Positions 29,593 to 40,351 of a DNA stretch of 64,000 nucleotides are shown piece by piece. The notes beneath the pieces were generated by a model. It was not told the DNA's origin and did not search any database. It was given only the letters and a program-made list of their open reading frames with translations. This DNA comes from an uncultured bacterium (GTDB lineage: Bacteria > Babelota > Babeliae > Babelales > Vermiphilaceae): contig OY970212.1 in assembly GCA_963713925.1 (NCBI GenBank), forward strand, positions 352,001-416,000, written 5' to 3'. Position 1 is the first letter of the stretch. The number at the start of each line of letters is the position of its first letter. Made by a program: the position numbers and the translations under genes.

Positions 29593-29937
29593 ATGAAAAA
29601 ATTGATAATTTCATTGATAGGGTTAACAATTCTTTCAATAATGTCTGCAGAAAAACCTGCTGAAGATATTTATATCTGGAACGAAAATGACATAGAGGCG
29701 CTTTGCAGAAAATTTGCAGCTAATCCAAATTCATTACCTTCTAATGAATTTGAAGCTCTCATTCAGTCACGATGCAAAGAATGTCGTGGGCTTTTGGGGC
29801 GTGCGCGTACAGCCTCTGATGCATGCAGCGCAATACTTGCTTCGGAAAAAGCAGTGAGATGCTTCAGAAAAGACCTAGAGCCTTTGACAGAAGAATCTGA
29901 ACTTAAGTTCGATCCAAATGGAATTTTTCTAAATTAA
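29593..29937 (+). CDS. Secreted Cys-containing hypothetical protein
   Basis: MKKLII signal peptide; five Cys. Confidence 0.65.
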   Translation: MKKLIISLIGLTILSIMSAEKPAEDIYIWNENDIEALCRKFAANPNSLPSNEFEALIQSRCKECRGLLGRARTASDACSAILASEKAVRCFRKDLEPLTEESELKFDPNGIFLN

Positions 29938-29952
29938 TCAGGAGTAAAAAAC

Positions 29953-31593
29953 ATGGCATCAAAAATAATTATCTTCGGTGCGCAAGCACGCGAAAAGGTG
30001 CGCAAAGGCGTCGATACATTGGCTGACGCAGTGAAAGTCACTCTCGGGCCCCGTGGACGTAACGTTATTTTCGAACGTTCATATGGTGCTCCAGCGATCA
30101 CCAAAGATGGTGTGACCGTTGCAAAAGAAATCGAGCTTGAAGATAAGCTTGAAAACATGGGCGCACAGATGGTTCGCGAAGTTGCCAGCAAAACAGCCGA
30201 TGTTGCTGGCGATGGAACAACCACTGCAACCGTGCTTGCACAAGCAATTTTCCGCGAAGGAAACAAATATGTGACCGCGGGTGCAAACCCAATGTCATTA
30301 AAGCGCGGTATTGAAAAAGCTGTTGCAGCCGTTGTTGAAGATATTAAAAAAATGGCAAAGCCAGTCAACAATAAAAAAGAAATTGAACAAGTTGCCACCA
30401 TTTCTGCCAATTCAGACGTTGCAATCGGTGAATTGATTGCTCACGCAATGGAAAAAGTTGGTCGCGATGGCGTGATCACCGTTGAAGAAGCAAAAGGAAT
30501 GTTCGACGAGCTCGACATTGTGGAAGGTATGCAATTTGATCGCGGTTACTTGTCACCTTATTTTGTGACAAACCAAGAGAAAATGGAAACCGTTCTTGAA
30601 AATCCTGTGATTCTCATCCACGAGAAGAAAATCAGCAGCATGAAGTCGATGTTGCCAGTGCTTGAACAAGTTGCAAAAACTGGTCGCTCACTCCTCATCA
30701 TCGCTGAAGATGTTGAGGGCGAAGCGCTTGCAACGCTCGTTGTCAACCGTTTGCGTGGCACACTCAACGTTGCAGCAGTGAAAGCTCCCGGCTTTGGAGA
30801 CCGTCGCAAAGCGATGCTTGAAGATATTGCCACTTTGACCGGCGGTAAGATGATTGCTGAAGAAGTCGGCCTCAAGCTTGAAAGCATCAGTGTGCATGAT
30901 CTTGGTGTCGCAAAACGTGTTGTCTTGACCAAAGATAACTGCACCATCATTGAAGGCCAAGGCAGCCAAGACGCAATCAAGGGACGCGTTGCTCAAATTC
31001 GCATGCAAATTGAAAACACATCATCAGACTACGATCGTGAGAAGCTCCAAGAGCGTCTTGCCAAGATCGCAGGCGGTGTTGCAGTGATCAAAGTTGGTGC
31101 GGCAACTGAAGTTGAAATGAAAGAAAAGAAAGATCGCATTGATGATGCATTGAGCGCAACCAGAGCTGCTGTTGAAGAAGGTATTGTTGCCGGCGGTGGC
31201 GTTACATTGCTTCGCGCGCAAACAGCTGTCGAAAAACTTGCTCTGACCGGTGATGAAAAATTGGGCGCACAAATCGTATGGCGCGCACTTGAAGAACCAT
31301 TGCGCATCATTTCTTCAAATGCTGGTTTTGAAGCATCAGTGATTGTTAACAAAGTGAAATCAGAAACTGGTTCAATGGGCTTTGATGCAAAGAACGGTGA
31401 ATATGTCGATATGGTCAAAGAAGGTATTATTGACCCGGCAAAAGTAGCTCGCTCTGCAATTCAAAATGCTGCTTCAATTGCAGGATTGTTGCTTACCACA
31501 GAAGCAACCATCTGCGAAATTCCACAAGAAAAGAAAGAAGCTGCTCCTGTGAACCCAGGAATGGGTGGCATGGGCGGAATGGGAATGTACTGA
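29953..31593 (+). CDS. groEL: Chaperonin GroEL
   Basis: [18 protein letters not shown] tail. Confidence 0.99.
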   Translation: MASKIIIFGAQAREKVRKGVDTLADAVKVTLGPRGRNVIFERSYGAPAITKDGVTVAKEIELEDKLENMGAQMVREVASKTADVAGDGTTTATVLAQAIFREGNKYVTAGANPMSLKRGIEKAVAAVVEDIKKMAKPVNNKKEIEQVATISANSDVAIGELIAHAMEKVGRDGVITVEEAKGMFDELDIVEGMQFDRGYLSPYFVTNQEKMETVLENPVILIHEKKISSMKSMLPVLEQVAKTGRSLLIIAEDVEGEALATLVVNRLRGTLNVAAVKAPGFGDRRKAMLEDIATLTGGKMIAEEVGLKLESISVHDLGVAKRVVLTKDNCTIIEGQGSQDAIKGRVAQIRMQIENTSSDYDREKLQERLAKIAGGVAVIKVGAATEVEMKEKKDRIDDALSATRAAVEEGIVAGGGVTLLRAQTAVEKLALTGDEKLGAQIVWRALEEPLRIISSNAGFEASVIVNKVKSETGSMGFDAKNGEYVDMVKEGIIDPAKVARSAIQNAASIAGLLLTTEATICEIPQEKKEAAPVNPGMGGMGGMGMY

Positions 31594-31670
31594 TACCCAA
31601 GCTCCGCAAATGCTCCGCTTGGGTGCCCGTAAACCTACGAAGTAAACCTTACGTAGCATTTTAAAAACTG

Positions 31671-31716
31671 AAAGAGACCGATTATCAAATGAGATAATCG
31701 GTCTCTTTTATTTTTC
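31671..31716 (+). terminator. Intrinsic terminator after groEL
   Basis: AAAGAGACCGATTATC/GATAATCGGTCTCTTT stem plus T-rich tail. Confidence 0.8.
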
Positions 31717-31921
31717 TAGTGTGTTTGTCTTATTTGGTATTGTTTGTTTCTATTTTTGCAATAGCCGCGTCGACAACTGACTCAGGATAGTGAATCTACG
31801 CCGCACACTGCCGTAGCTCGATCAGGTCCAAATCAAACACAGTGTTGATTTGGGTGATGATAGTGAAGGCGGAATCTTCGAGGTGGGGTTGTTATGTTCA
31901 AGAGTCGCTTATTTGGCTCGT

Positions 31922-32122
31922 CTAGGATTTTTTTGTGGCTAAAGCCATCGCTTTATTGTGTGTCGCGTCTATTTTTCGAAATATTTCCATGATGGCGGCA
32001 AAACCTATGGGGTATGATGGATATGGAGCGGGAAAGAAAGGCTTCGCGGCATGCTCGGAGGTGTATACTTTACACGACATTATCAAAAGAGTGGCATAAT
32101 AGATTTTTACTCGCATTTTCAT
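31922..32122 (-). CDS. Short hypothetical protein, possibly truncated
   Basis: Signal-like leader; stop follows an A run. Confidence 0.3.
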   Translation of the reverse strand: MKMRVKIYYATLLIMSCKVYTSEHAAKPFFPAPYPSYPIGFAAIMEIFRKIDATHNKAMALATKKS

Positions 32123-32785
32123 TACAACCTTTTGTTTAAGATGATAAATTTTTATCAGTGTGCAAAAGGTTAGATTCTAAAGCAAGACTTTTGTGCCTTA
32201 TTTTTACCTGGGTCCCCGAGTGCAGCATTAGCGAGTGTGGGTAATTTATTTATTCATATATCGGCCAATAGAGCTTTGGTGCTCCACTTTTTCTTCTGTT
32301 TTTTGCTTTTTTTGATGGTCATGTGAATCGATATGTTTCGTTTTTTTATTTTTTTGTTCGGAAACAGTTTCTATATCTGTTTTTTTCTTATTTTTTACCA
32401 TGATAATCCCCTTAATTATACTGGCTTCAAGTAGGCATAGTTTTTTGTTTTGGATACTGTGTTTCTTATCAGTATAATAACAATTTTATATTCAGGTTGT
32501 AAATATAAAACTTAACAAGAAATAAAATTGGGCATAAGGGTAGCAAAACTGAACTTTAAAAATCAACAAATTTGTGTTACAAGTTATCCATGTATTTTCA
32601 GCGAAATAAATTTGAAGCTATGTCTCCCGGGACATACAAGTACACAAGCTCCGTTTAAATCCCGGGGCCCCCAATTGCCGGGCCCCATGCGTAACGCATG
32701 TGCAGCATGGGTGTAATCGTAGTAATTTCTGCGTTAAAGCATCTGAGAAATACGAGGATTGGGGCAATGAATAAAGGCAATTTTA

Positions 32786-34180
32786 ATGTATTTACGTACG
32801 CGTATTTTTCTCATACTTTTTACTTTTCATACTTCTTTCTTGATCGGAAATGAATTTGGTCAATCGTATGGTGCAACCCTTGAGGAATTCGAGGCACCAA
32901 CTGATGGAATTAAAAAAGAGTCTGTTTTCGATCAATTAAATCCGGGCCACTTAAAAGTTCCCGTTTTGGCTGCAAAACCGGTGAAAATAACTATGTCTGG
33001 CTTTGTCATGAATAATCTTTTCTGGGATACTCGCCAAACTTTTGCATTTCAGGCTTCTGATTCGCTCTTATTTCCTCTTGCAGTTGTGCGCGATCCACAG
33101 GGAAATGATATTAATGCTCATGGGAATGTCAATATTACTTCTATTGAAACAGTTTTGCGGTTTTCTCTTGATGGACCATATATCGGGTGTGCAAAAACAA
33201 GCGGTGCTATTGAAACAAATTTTTTTGGTCTCAAGGATTTCTCTCTCAATATTAATGATTTGACTCTGCTTAAAGCATATATGCAATTGTCATGGGAACA
33301 TCTTGATATTGTGCTTGGACAAGATGTTCATCCAATTGCCAATCCGTTAGGCTTACCAAATGTCGTAGGATATAGTATTGGTAACCCCTTTAATCCATAT
33401 GCATATACTCCACAAATGAAGCTTATCTATCATTTTCCCAAAGCAGACATTATTTTTGCGCTTATTTCAGAAATGAATACTCCAGGACTTGGACCAGTTA
33501 GCTTTAACGTTATTGATTTTAGTTCTGAGTTTTTCAGAAATAGCATGATGCCCAAAATTCATGGTCAATTGAGAGTTCCATTTCTTAATTATTATACATT
33601 TGGGATTGCTTACGATGCAAAACGAATTGTTCCACGATTGGAAACCAACGATGGTTTTAAATCTTTTGAATCACTTTTTTCTTCAACAGGGATCACATAC
33701 ATTGAAATGAAAAAAGATCCGTGGACGGGGATTCTCAAGGCAACCATGTCTCAAAATGGAATTGATTATGGTGTCGTTGGCGGATACGCAGTGCATTCGG
33801 TCGATCCAGTAACAGATCGACGCACCTACACCAACTTTACTGTCGGCGCATTGTTCATGGATATCGAATATGATGCAAATGTATATCAACCCGGGTTTTT
33901 TGCTGGAGTTTTAAAATCTATGGGAGCTGACAGGTCAGTGATTCAAGAAATTCCTACCCCACAGGGACCAGAAACAACTCTTTACAGTTTGGGTGCAGAT
34001 ATTGATGTCATGTTTCGATTTGCTCCTCGACTTCGCTACAACATTCCTCCGGTCCAGATAGCGGCTGAATTCGAATACACACAAGCACGCCATGGCACCA
34101 TTCTTAACAGTGGAAAAATTGTAGGTGGAGAATCCGCGGGTAACTGGCGCTTTTTGTTGGCAATGTATTACTTCTTCTAA
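32786..34180 (+). CDS. Outer-membrane porin-like protein (DcaP-like)
   Basis: Signal peptide; IETNFFG..AYMQL.W..LGQ pattern; C-terminal YYFF. Confidence 0.65.
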   Translation: MYLRTRIFLILFTFHTSFLIGNEFGQSYGATLEEFEAPTDGIKKESVFDQLNPGHLKVPVLAAKPVKITMSGFVMNNLFWDTRQTFAFQASDSLLFPLAVVRDPQGNDINAHGNVNITSIETVLRFSLDGPYIGCAKTSGAIETNFFGLKDFSLNINDLTLLKAYMQLSWEHLDIVLGQDVHPIANPLGLPNVVGYSIGNPFNPYAYTPQMKLIYHFPKADIIFALISEMNTPGLGPVSFNVIDFSSEFFRNSMMPKIHGQLRVPFLNYYTFGIAYDAKRIVPRLETNDGFKSFESLFSSTGITYIEMKKDPWTGILKATMSQNGIDYGVVGGYAVHSVDPVTDRRTYTNFTVGALFMDIEYDANVYQPGFFAGVLKSMGADRSVIQEIPTPQGPETTLYSLGADIDVMFRFAPRLRYNIPPVQIAAEFEYTQARHGTILNSGKIVGGESAGNWRFLLAMYYFF

Positions 34181-34238
34181 GCAGGAATTCATGATATCTT
34201 ATACTTAAGTTCCATAGATTCTGTTGAGTTTTTGAAAA

Positions 34239-34345
34239 GTTCGTATGGTTCGACTTCGTTTCACTTTTGCCCAAGCTTATACCCCACACTTACGTGCGGG
34301 GGCCCCGAATTCGCATGGGGCCCGAAACTCCGCTCACTACGAATG
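34239..34345. repeat. Solo family A repeat containing two nested family B hairpins
   Basis: Removing 64 bp between ACT copies restores a 43-bp family A unit. Confidence 0.75.
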
Positions 34346-34460
34346 GCTAAAGCAAAAAATCAATTAAGCATCAATGAATGAATTTTCTCATGATTTCAAA
34401 AATTCAACGAACCCTAGATTTTGCATTCTTCCAAGATTGTGCCCTGTAGAGGATTTTTTA

Positions 34461-35714
34461 ATGAAATTAACAACACTCCTGACGAAAACAAAAAAAGATA
34501 TTTCAAGTCAAGAAACAAGCATTAACGCGCAATTGTTAGAACGTGCGGGTTATGTGAGCAAGGTTATGGCGGGGGTATATAACTTTTTGCCGCTTGGGCT
34601 GAGGGTGCTTTCAAAAATTGAAAACATCGTGCGCCAAGAAATGCAGGCGCAAGACGGACAAGAACTTTTAATGCCGGGGCTATTGCCCAAAGAACTATGG
34701 CAAACAACAGGGCGTTGGGACAAAATTGATGTGCTTTACAAGCTTGTTGCCCATGATCGCGACTTGTGTTTGGGGCCAACTCATGAGGAAGTCGTCACTC
34801 CATTAGTCGAGCCATTTATCAAATCATACAAAGATCTTCCAAAAGCCGTTTTCCAAATTCAAACAAAATATCGCAATGAAGCCCGTCCAAAATCGGGCCT
34901 TTTGCGTGGGCGTGAATTTCGCATGAAGGATCTCTATTCATTTCATATCAATGAACAAGATTTAGATGCATATTATGAACGCATGATTACCGCTTATAAC
35001 AATGTTTTCAAACGCTGCGGGCTTGCACATTTGACCTACATGACGTATGCTTCAGGCGGCGTTTTCAGCAAATATTCACATGAATTCCAAACAGTTACCC
35101 CGCATGGTGAAGACATTATTTACATATGTCATGCATGTAAAGTGGCGATCAATAAAGAAATTATTGCCGAGCACTCACAATGCCCACAATGTTCTTCAAC
35201 GAATCTAGAAGAACAAAAATCAATTGAAGTGGGTAACATCTTTAAGCTTAAAACGCGATTTTCCGAGCCGTTTAAGCTCCATTTTGCTGACGCGAACGGC
35301 GCAGAACATCCTGTTATTATGGGTTGTTATGGCATCGGCACCTCACGCCTTGTCGGAGCCGTTGTTGAAGCATTGCATGACGCAAAAGGAATCATTTGGC
35401 CAAAAGAAATTGCTCCCTATAGCATCCATTTGATTGGTCTTGGTAAGGAAACGGAATTAAACAAAGCTCAAGAAATCTATCATCAACTCAAATCACAGTG
35501 GTTTGAAGTAATCTACGACGATCGACCTGATATCCAAGCAGGAGCAAAGTTTGCCGACGCCGATCTGTTAGGTATGCCGTTGAGAATTGTAATAAGCAGA
35601 AAGACACTTGAGCAAAACAAAGCGGAAATCAAGTTACGAAGTTCGCAAGAAGCGGAACTTGTTGACCTTTCAACGCTTACATCAACAGTTACAGATTTGC
35701 TGAATCGCATATAA
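34461..35714 (+). CDS. proS: Proline--tRNA ligase (short form)
   Basis: LGPTHEE, KYRNEARPKSGLLRGREF.MKDLYSF, IEVGNIF, MGCYGIG. Confidence 0.95.
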   Translation: MKLTTLLTKTKKDISSQETSINAQLLERAGYVSKVMAGVYNFLPLGLRVLSKIENIVRQEMQAQDGQELLMPGLLPKELWQTTGRWDKIDVLYKLVAHDRDLCLGPTHEEVVTPLVEPFIKSYKDLPKAVFQIQTKYRNEARPKSGLLRGREFRMKDLYSFHINEQDLDAYYERMITAYNNVFKRCGLAHLTYMTYASGGVFSKYSHEFQTVTPHGEDIIYICHACKVAINKEIIAEHSQCPQCSSTNLEEQKSIEVGNIFKLKTRFSEPFKLHFADANGAEHPVIMGCYGIGTSRLVGAVVEALHDAKGIIWPKEIAPYSIHLIGLGKETELNKAQEIYHQLKSQWFEVIYDDRPDIQAGAKFADADLLGMPLRIVISRKTLEQNKAEIKLRSSQEAELVDLSTLTSTVTDLLNRI

Positions 35715-35831
35715 AAAAATACAATTCATTTTTTGGATGCAAATATAATTTTTGATTTTATTATTGCTTTTTGTCAATGATATGTTTTATGACTACATAT
35801 AAAGACAACCTATTTTTTAAGGAGTTTTTAT

Positions 35832-36059
35832 ATGAATTTGTCTCGATTTGAATTGGGATTGATCAGTCTTGTCCTCGGGTCGTTGATCTTGTTGTATGCG
35901 CTTAATCTTTTGACCTCGGGAATGAATTTTCTTTTCATCGCAACCGCCATCGCGCTTATCGCCTGGGGGCTTTACAGTATAAATGCATTTCCGTACATTC
36001 AAAATTTCATAAGCGGAATCGCGCGCAAAATTACATCCATTTTTAAAAAGAATAAGTAA
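35832..36059 (+). CDS. Small two-TM membrane protein
   Basis: AAGGAG RBS; two hydrophobic segments. Confidence 0.65.
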   Translation: MNLSRFELGLISLVLGSLILLYALNLLTSGMNFLFIATAIALIAWGLYSINAFPYIQNFISGIARKITSIFKKNK

Positions 36060-36078
36060 GAATAAACCGAGAATTAAA

Positions 36079-36126
36079 ATGAAATTGGGTAGAAAAGATA
36101 AAACTTTCTACCCAATTTCATTTTTT
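36079..36126. terminator. Probable bidirectional terminator
   Basis: TGAAATTGGGTAGAAA/TTTCTACCCAATTTCA stem between convergent genes. Confidence 0.7.
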
Positions 36127-39100
36127 ATTTATGATGTTCTATCTGCTGCCGTTCGTGATGAAAATCATTATTTCGCAAGATTCTAACAGGAACTGCAATG
36201 TCTATGCCGCTTTCACGCAGACGCTTAGTTATGGTAAGCCGAATATCGCTGGCGATTTCCCACTGTTCAAGCGTGTAGTTTGAGCTCATGTAACCGCGTA
36301 TCAAGAATAGATATCCATTTTCAGTGAAATTTTCAAGACGAACAATCGGCTTAGGATTTTTAAGCATGTATGGGCTATCTGCAAGTACCGATAAGAAAAT
36401 TTGCTGCGCCAAGTTAGGATCTGATCCATATGAGATGGTCACAAAAATATCATCAAAGGCAATGAAATCGCGGGCGTAGTTCCAGTTAATAATCCGTTGG
36501 TTAATCACATGCGAGTTGGGCATAATGACGGTTGTACTATTTCTCTTGCGCAAAACGACTGCTCGTGGAGTAATGCGTCTGACGACTCCTGGCACTTCCG
36601 AATCACCAAATTTTACCAAGTCGCCCACTTTGACAGGCCGCTGTACTAAGATAATAAAATAAGAAACAAAATCGCTGACTGGATCTCGAATAATCCAACC
36701 AAGACCAAATACTAATGCGAGTAAGTAAACCAACAATGATGTCAGACCCACCGCGTTAAATCCGATGATAACAGCCAAAGCAAAACATACATAATAGGTA
36801 ATGCTTGATATTGCATTCTGTATGCCAGGATCGACAAGCAAAATATCAAAAATTTTGCCCAGCACAAGATGATTAATGGTAAATGAAAGTGTAATGCCTC
36901 CAATGACAAAGAACACGAGTTGAAGTAATAACCAAACTGAGACCGGTTTTTGATCAACATAGCCAAATGATTGGTTGAGCCAATTAACAACATCGCCCAA
37001 ATGAGTCATTTTTGCCAAATGCTCTGGCCAGCCCCATGTTTTTGCCAAGATAAGGGCGCCCACGAAGATAAAGAGCACGAAAAGTAAAATCATTGTCACG
37101 CCGTACCATGTTTTGCCATAGACAAAACGCTCTTTTGAAACTTCATCTTCTTCCGTTATGAAGAAAATGTATGAGACTAACTGTTTGACATAGCCATGCA
37201 ACCATATCAAGAAGAATACGATTGCGATGCTGACAACTATTTTTCGCAGCGTATACCATATAAGTCGTCCAAACCCAACATATGGGTTACTCATGATAAT
37301 GACTGATATGACTCCAAATAGTACAAAATAGTAGTACCGATCTATCTTGTTATAGAGCCATTCTCCAATGCCGACTCGCGGGATAAGCCCTAACACTTGC
37401 TCTTTGCCAATTGAGGCAATCAGTGCAATCTGCAGCAATATAAAATTAAGTGCAACTAAAATAGTCGGCAATTCTGATCGTCGATAGGTACCGGTTAAAA
37501 ATGCCAATCGGAAGAAATAGAGAATAATAGTCAGATACACGAGCACAGAAAGTATGATACTGAACCTGAATTCGTATTCTTGACTGATAAAGACATAACC
37601 ATGATCTTGGTTAAATTGATTTAAGAAAACGAGTAACTTGTTGGCAAGAAATAAAATGTACGGAATAGAAAAAAGATAGAAGAGGCTATGCACGTATGGA
37701 TCGGCCAAAAATCCTGTTTTAAATGCCGCCCACAACAGAAGCCATATGAGAATGGAATAGAAATATTCTAAAAAGAATCTGCCAATTGCGATAAAAAGCA
37801 TGCCAAGCATACGCATGTGTGGATGCGTTTGAATCCACACTTGCACATGATGCAGCAGGCGTGGCAAGAATCGACGCAATACAAATAAGAAAATGAGCAA
37901 GAAGAGCAATTGCGCTAAAATAAGCAGTGAGCTGATGGGCTCGTTCACATAAGAAGTAAGTCTCGATATAATTCCGCTCGTATCAAATCTAACAAAATGA
38001 TTTAAAAGCCCCTTAAAATATTCTTCCAAATCAGGAATTAATCTTTGCAGCCCACCCCAGGTGATTGCATACTGCGGCCGGTACCAAATGGTAATGGAAT
38101 TTAATTCGGAAACAATGAAATCTATTTGCTTGAGAGAACTTTGCAATGAATTGATGATATCGGTATAATCCGCGATAATTGCATTCAAAGCTCGCTGACT
38201 TTCAATAATTGTCTTTCGTGATGTATTTAATACATCAAAAATTCTGATCATTTCACGCTGAGAATCTTTAAACAAGGTTTCTCTGCGTGATTGAACTGCA
38301 TCTTTAAAATGAGTATGGTTATCGAAAGCCTTTTTTCTCGATTCAAGCATTTCATTATATGTGTTTCTTCGCTCAATATATTTCGAGAGGCTAGCTTTAA
38401 CACTTGCCGTAAGCGCATCATATATTTTTATTTCTTGCGTCAGTTCTTGCGCTGTGTATTTGCGTGCCCGTATCTTATGAAATGTTTCTTTAATTTTTAC
38501 TAATATTTCTTCATGATGTATTTTTTCTTGTTCACGTTCTAAGCGGACTTGTGTTAAATCTCTTTTGAGTTTTACGAAAATTAAGTCAGTATTTTCAGCG
38601 CCTACCTCAGCTATTCCTAAATAGGAAGAAACAACTTCTCGTGGTTCTTTCGTCCATTTATCTAAATCAGAATCAAGAGAAATATTATAACGCTTGCTTA
38701 AGACGTCTAATTCTGCCTTTCGAGATTTAATTTCATTATCAAACATCTCCATATCATTATCAAAAGTAGTTCGTCTTGCTATGGCGGGAGATTGCTCTCT
38801 TTGCTTTTCAAAAGCATCTTTTACATAAGCAACATCAGCTTCGCTCACAGAAACGGTCGATTTGTGCTCTTTAAAAAGCTCACGAAGTACATCGCGCTGC
38901 ATTTTTGCATTAAAAGTTTTCAGTTTTAAGAGCTCAATTTTATATTCAATGCCTTCTTCTTGGAGCTGATCAAGTTTCTTTCGTTCGGTAAAGACTCTAT
39001 CTTCCAGGGCAATCAATTCATCTGATTGACTTAACGCACCCTCTCTGAGCAGCTTCCTATTTTTTGCGTGATTTTCAGCATTGACTATTGCCGATCGTTT

Positions 39101-39682
39101 ATAGTTTTCAAGTTCATAGTACGCGTTTTTCTCTTGACCATCCAAAGTTGCCACTAACTTTTCTTGATCGAGCATTCGCTGATAAATATCTTGGAGATCT
39201 TCAAAGGAAAAAACTTGTTTATCCGTACGTTTCAATTTTTCAAAAAGCGGATCTTGTAAATAGTCTGTCAATGTTTTAATAATAGCGTCAATTGAGCTTG
39301 AAAGTTGCCCGTATACCTGCTGAATCGATTTTAGAATCGCGTACAACTCATTATATAAATTGAGTTTCTTTCTTAAAACTTCATTTTCAGTGTCTTTTGA
39401 TTGTGCATCCTTTAGAATCTTAATCTGGGCACGCACCTCTTCCAGGGTATCCTGTATACCTTGAGCAGTCAGCTGGATTCGTTGCTCAAACTCTGTTTTC
39501 TTTTTTTGATATTGAGCCAGCATCTCCTGCTTACTTTCAATATCGGTTATGAAAATTTTTTGTGATTCTTGTGATGGTAAGAGTTTTTCACCAATCTTTT
39601 TTATATCCGAGAAACTACCATGCAAAGCATTGCCGTATAGGGCTGAAAGCGCACTGCATACTAATATTATTTTTTTATTCAT
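36125..39682 (-). CDS. Large MscS-family mechanosensitive channel (MscK-like architecture)
   Basis: Signal peptide, long coiled coil, multiple TMs, RPVKVGD, PNS..IINW, ISYGSD. Confidence 0.85.
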   Translation of the reverse strand: MNKKIILVCSALSALYGNALHGSFSDIKKIGEKLLPSQESQKIFITDIESKQEMLAQYQKKKTEFEQRIQLTAQGIQDTLEEVRAQIKILKDAQSKDTENEVLRKKLNLYNELYAILKSIQQVYGQLSSSIDAIIKTLTDYLQDPLFEKLKRTDKQVFSFEDLQDIYQRMLDQEKLVATLDGQEKNAYYELENYKRSAIVNAENHAKNRKLLREGALSQSDELIALEDRVFTERKKLDQLQEEGIEYKIELLKLKTFNAKMQRDVLRELFKEHKSTVSVSEADVAYVKDAFEKQREQSPAIARRTTFDNDMEMFDNEIKSRKAELDVLSKRYNISLDSDLDKWTKEPREVVSSYLGIAEVGAENTDLIFVKLKRDLTQVRLEREQEKIHHEEILVKIKETFHKIRARKYTAQELTQEIKIYDALTASVKASLSKYIERRNTYNEMLESRKKAFDNHTHFKDAVQSRRETLFKDSQREMIRIFDVLNTSRKTIIESQRALNAIIADYTDIINSLQSSLKQIDFIVSELNSITIWYRPQYAITWGGLQRLIPDLEEYFKGLLNHFVRFDTSGIISRLTSYVNEPISSLLILAQLLFLLIFLFVLRRFLPRLLHHVQVWIQTHPHMRMLGMLFIAIGRFFLEYFYSILIWLLLWAAFKTGFLADPYVHSLFYLFSIPYILFLANKLLVFLNQFNQDHGYVFISQEYEFRFSIILSVLVYLTIILYFFRLAFLTGTYRRSELPTILVALNFILLQIALIASIGKEQVLGLIPRVGIGEWLYNKIDRYYYFVLFGVISVIIMSNPYVGFGRLIWYTLRKIVVSIAIVFFLIWLHGYVKQLVSYIFFITEEDEVSKERFVYGKTWYGVTMILLFVLFIFVGALILAKTWGWPEHLAKMTHLGDVVNWLNQSFGYVDQKPVSVWLLLQLVFFVIGGITLSFTINHLVLGKIFDILLVDPGIQNAISSITYYVCFALAVIIGFNAVGLTSLLVYLLALVFGLGWIIRDPVSDFVSYFIILVQRPVKVGDLVKFGDSEVPGVVRRITPRAVVLRKRNSTTVIMPNSHVINQRIINWNYARDFIAFDDIFVTISYGSDPNLAQQIFLSVLADSPYMLKNPKPIVRLENFTENGYLFLIRGYMSSNYTLEQWEIASDIRLTITKRLRESGIDIAVPVRILRNNDFHHERQQIEHHK

Positions 39683-39701
39683 AGGGAACCTGCAGGGGTA
39701 T

Positions 39702-40322
39702 TCAAAAATATTTTGTTTTCATTTTTCTTGCCTCAGGATGAGATGCTATACATCGCAGCAACCACTCTTCAATAGTTTTTTCATCTTCGTCAGGAAGTTC
39801 TATCAGTGGTAACTCTCCCGGGACCATGCTAAAAAGTTGATATACAAATCTTTTCTTAACATCTTTGTAATCAGGAGTCATCCCAAATAGTGTAAAAAGT
39901 TTTGAAAGAAAAATCTTCTTTCTTTTTTTATTTAATAACGCAAGGTCTGAAATGTACAATATCTCGAGTAAATCAAAGATATTTTTTGCCTCAGAGCCAA
40001 GCGGAATAAAAAAATAACAAAGTTCTATGACATGATGAAGAAAATAAATATCATCTCGAGCAACTTGCATGGGCATTTCATACAAATGGAACGCCGGCAA
40101 TAAAAAAGAGTTTCTGTTCCCCGTCCGTTGATCAAAATTGTATTCTATGAATGCCCCCACGCACGCATTTTCTGCGTGTCGGCTGATGACTTCGATTTTT
40201 CCATACTGGTCATCAAGCAAAGATAATTTAGACGTTTTTGGGCTATAATTGCGTAACACAATAGCACGATGCAGCGCTGACATACAAACTCTCAGTGCAT
40301 GCCCCGAAAAAAGTCGAGGCAT
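39702..40322 (-). CDS. recO: DNA repair protein RecO-like
   Basis: AIVLR....K..LLD..YGKI N-terminal OB-fold pattern; start uncertain. Confidence 0.6.
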   Translation of the reverse strand: MPRLFSGHALRVCMSALHRAIVLRNYSPKTSKLSLLDDQYGKIEVISRHAENACVGAFIEYNFDQRTGNRNSFLLPAFHLYEMPMQVARDDIYFLHHVIELCYFFIPLGSEAKNIFDLLEILYISDLALLNKKRKKIFLSKLFTLFGMTPDYKDVKKRFVYQLFSMVPGELPLIELPDEDEKTIEEWLLRCIASHPEARKMKTKYF

Positions 40323-40351
40323 GCAAGTTTTAATCGGTATAAAAACTATTT

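Noticed and set aside
29934..31418. Antisense ORFs within groEL and similar shadows in other genes
   Set aside because: Codon-bias shadows of well-supported genes.
31720..31924. Frameshifted continuation of 31922..32122
   Set aside because: Alternative frames close soon and show no recognisable homology.
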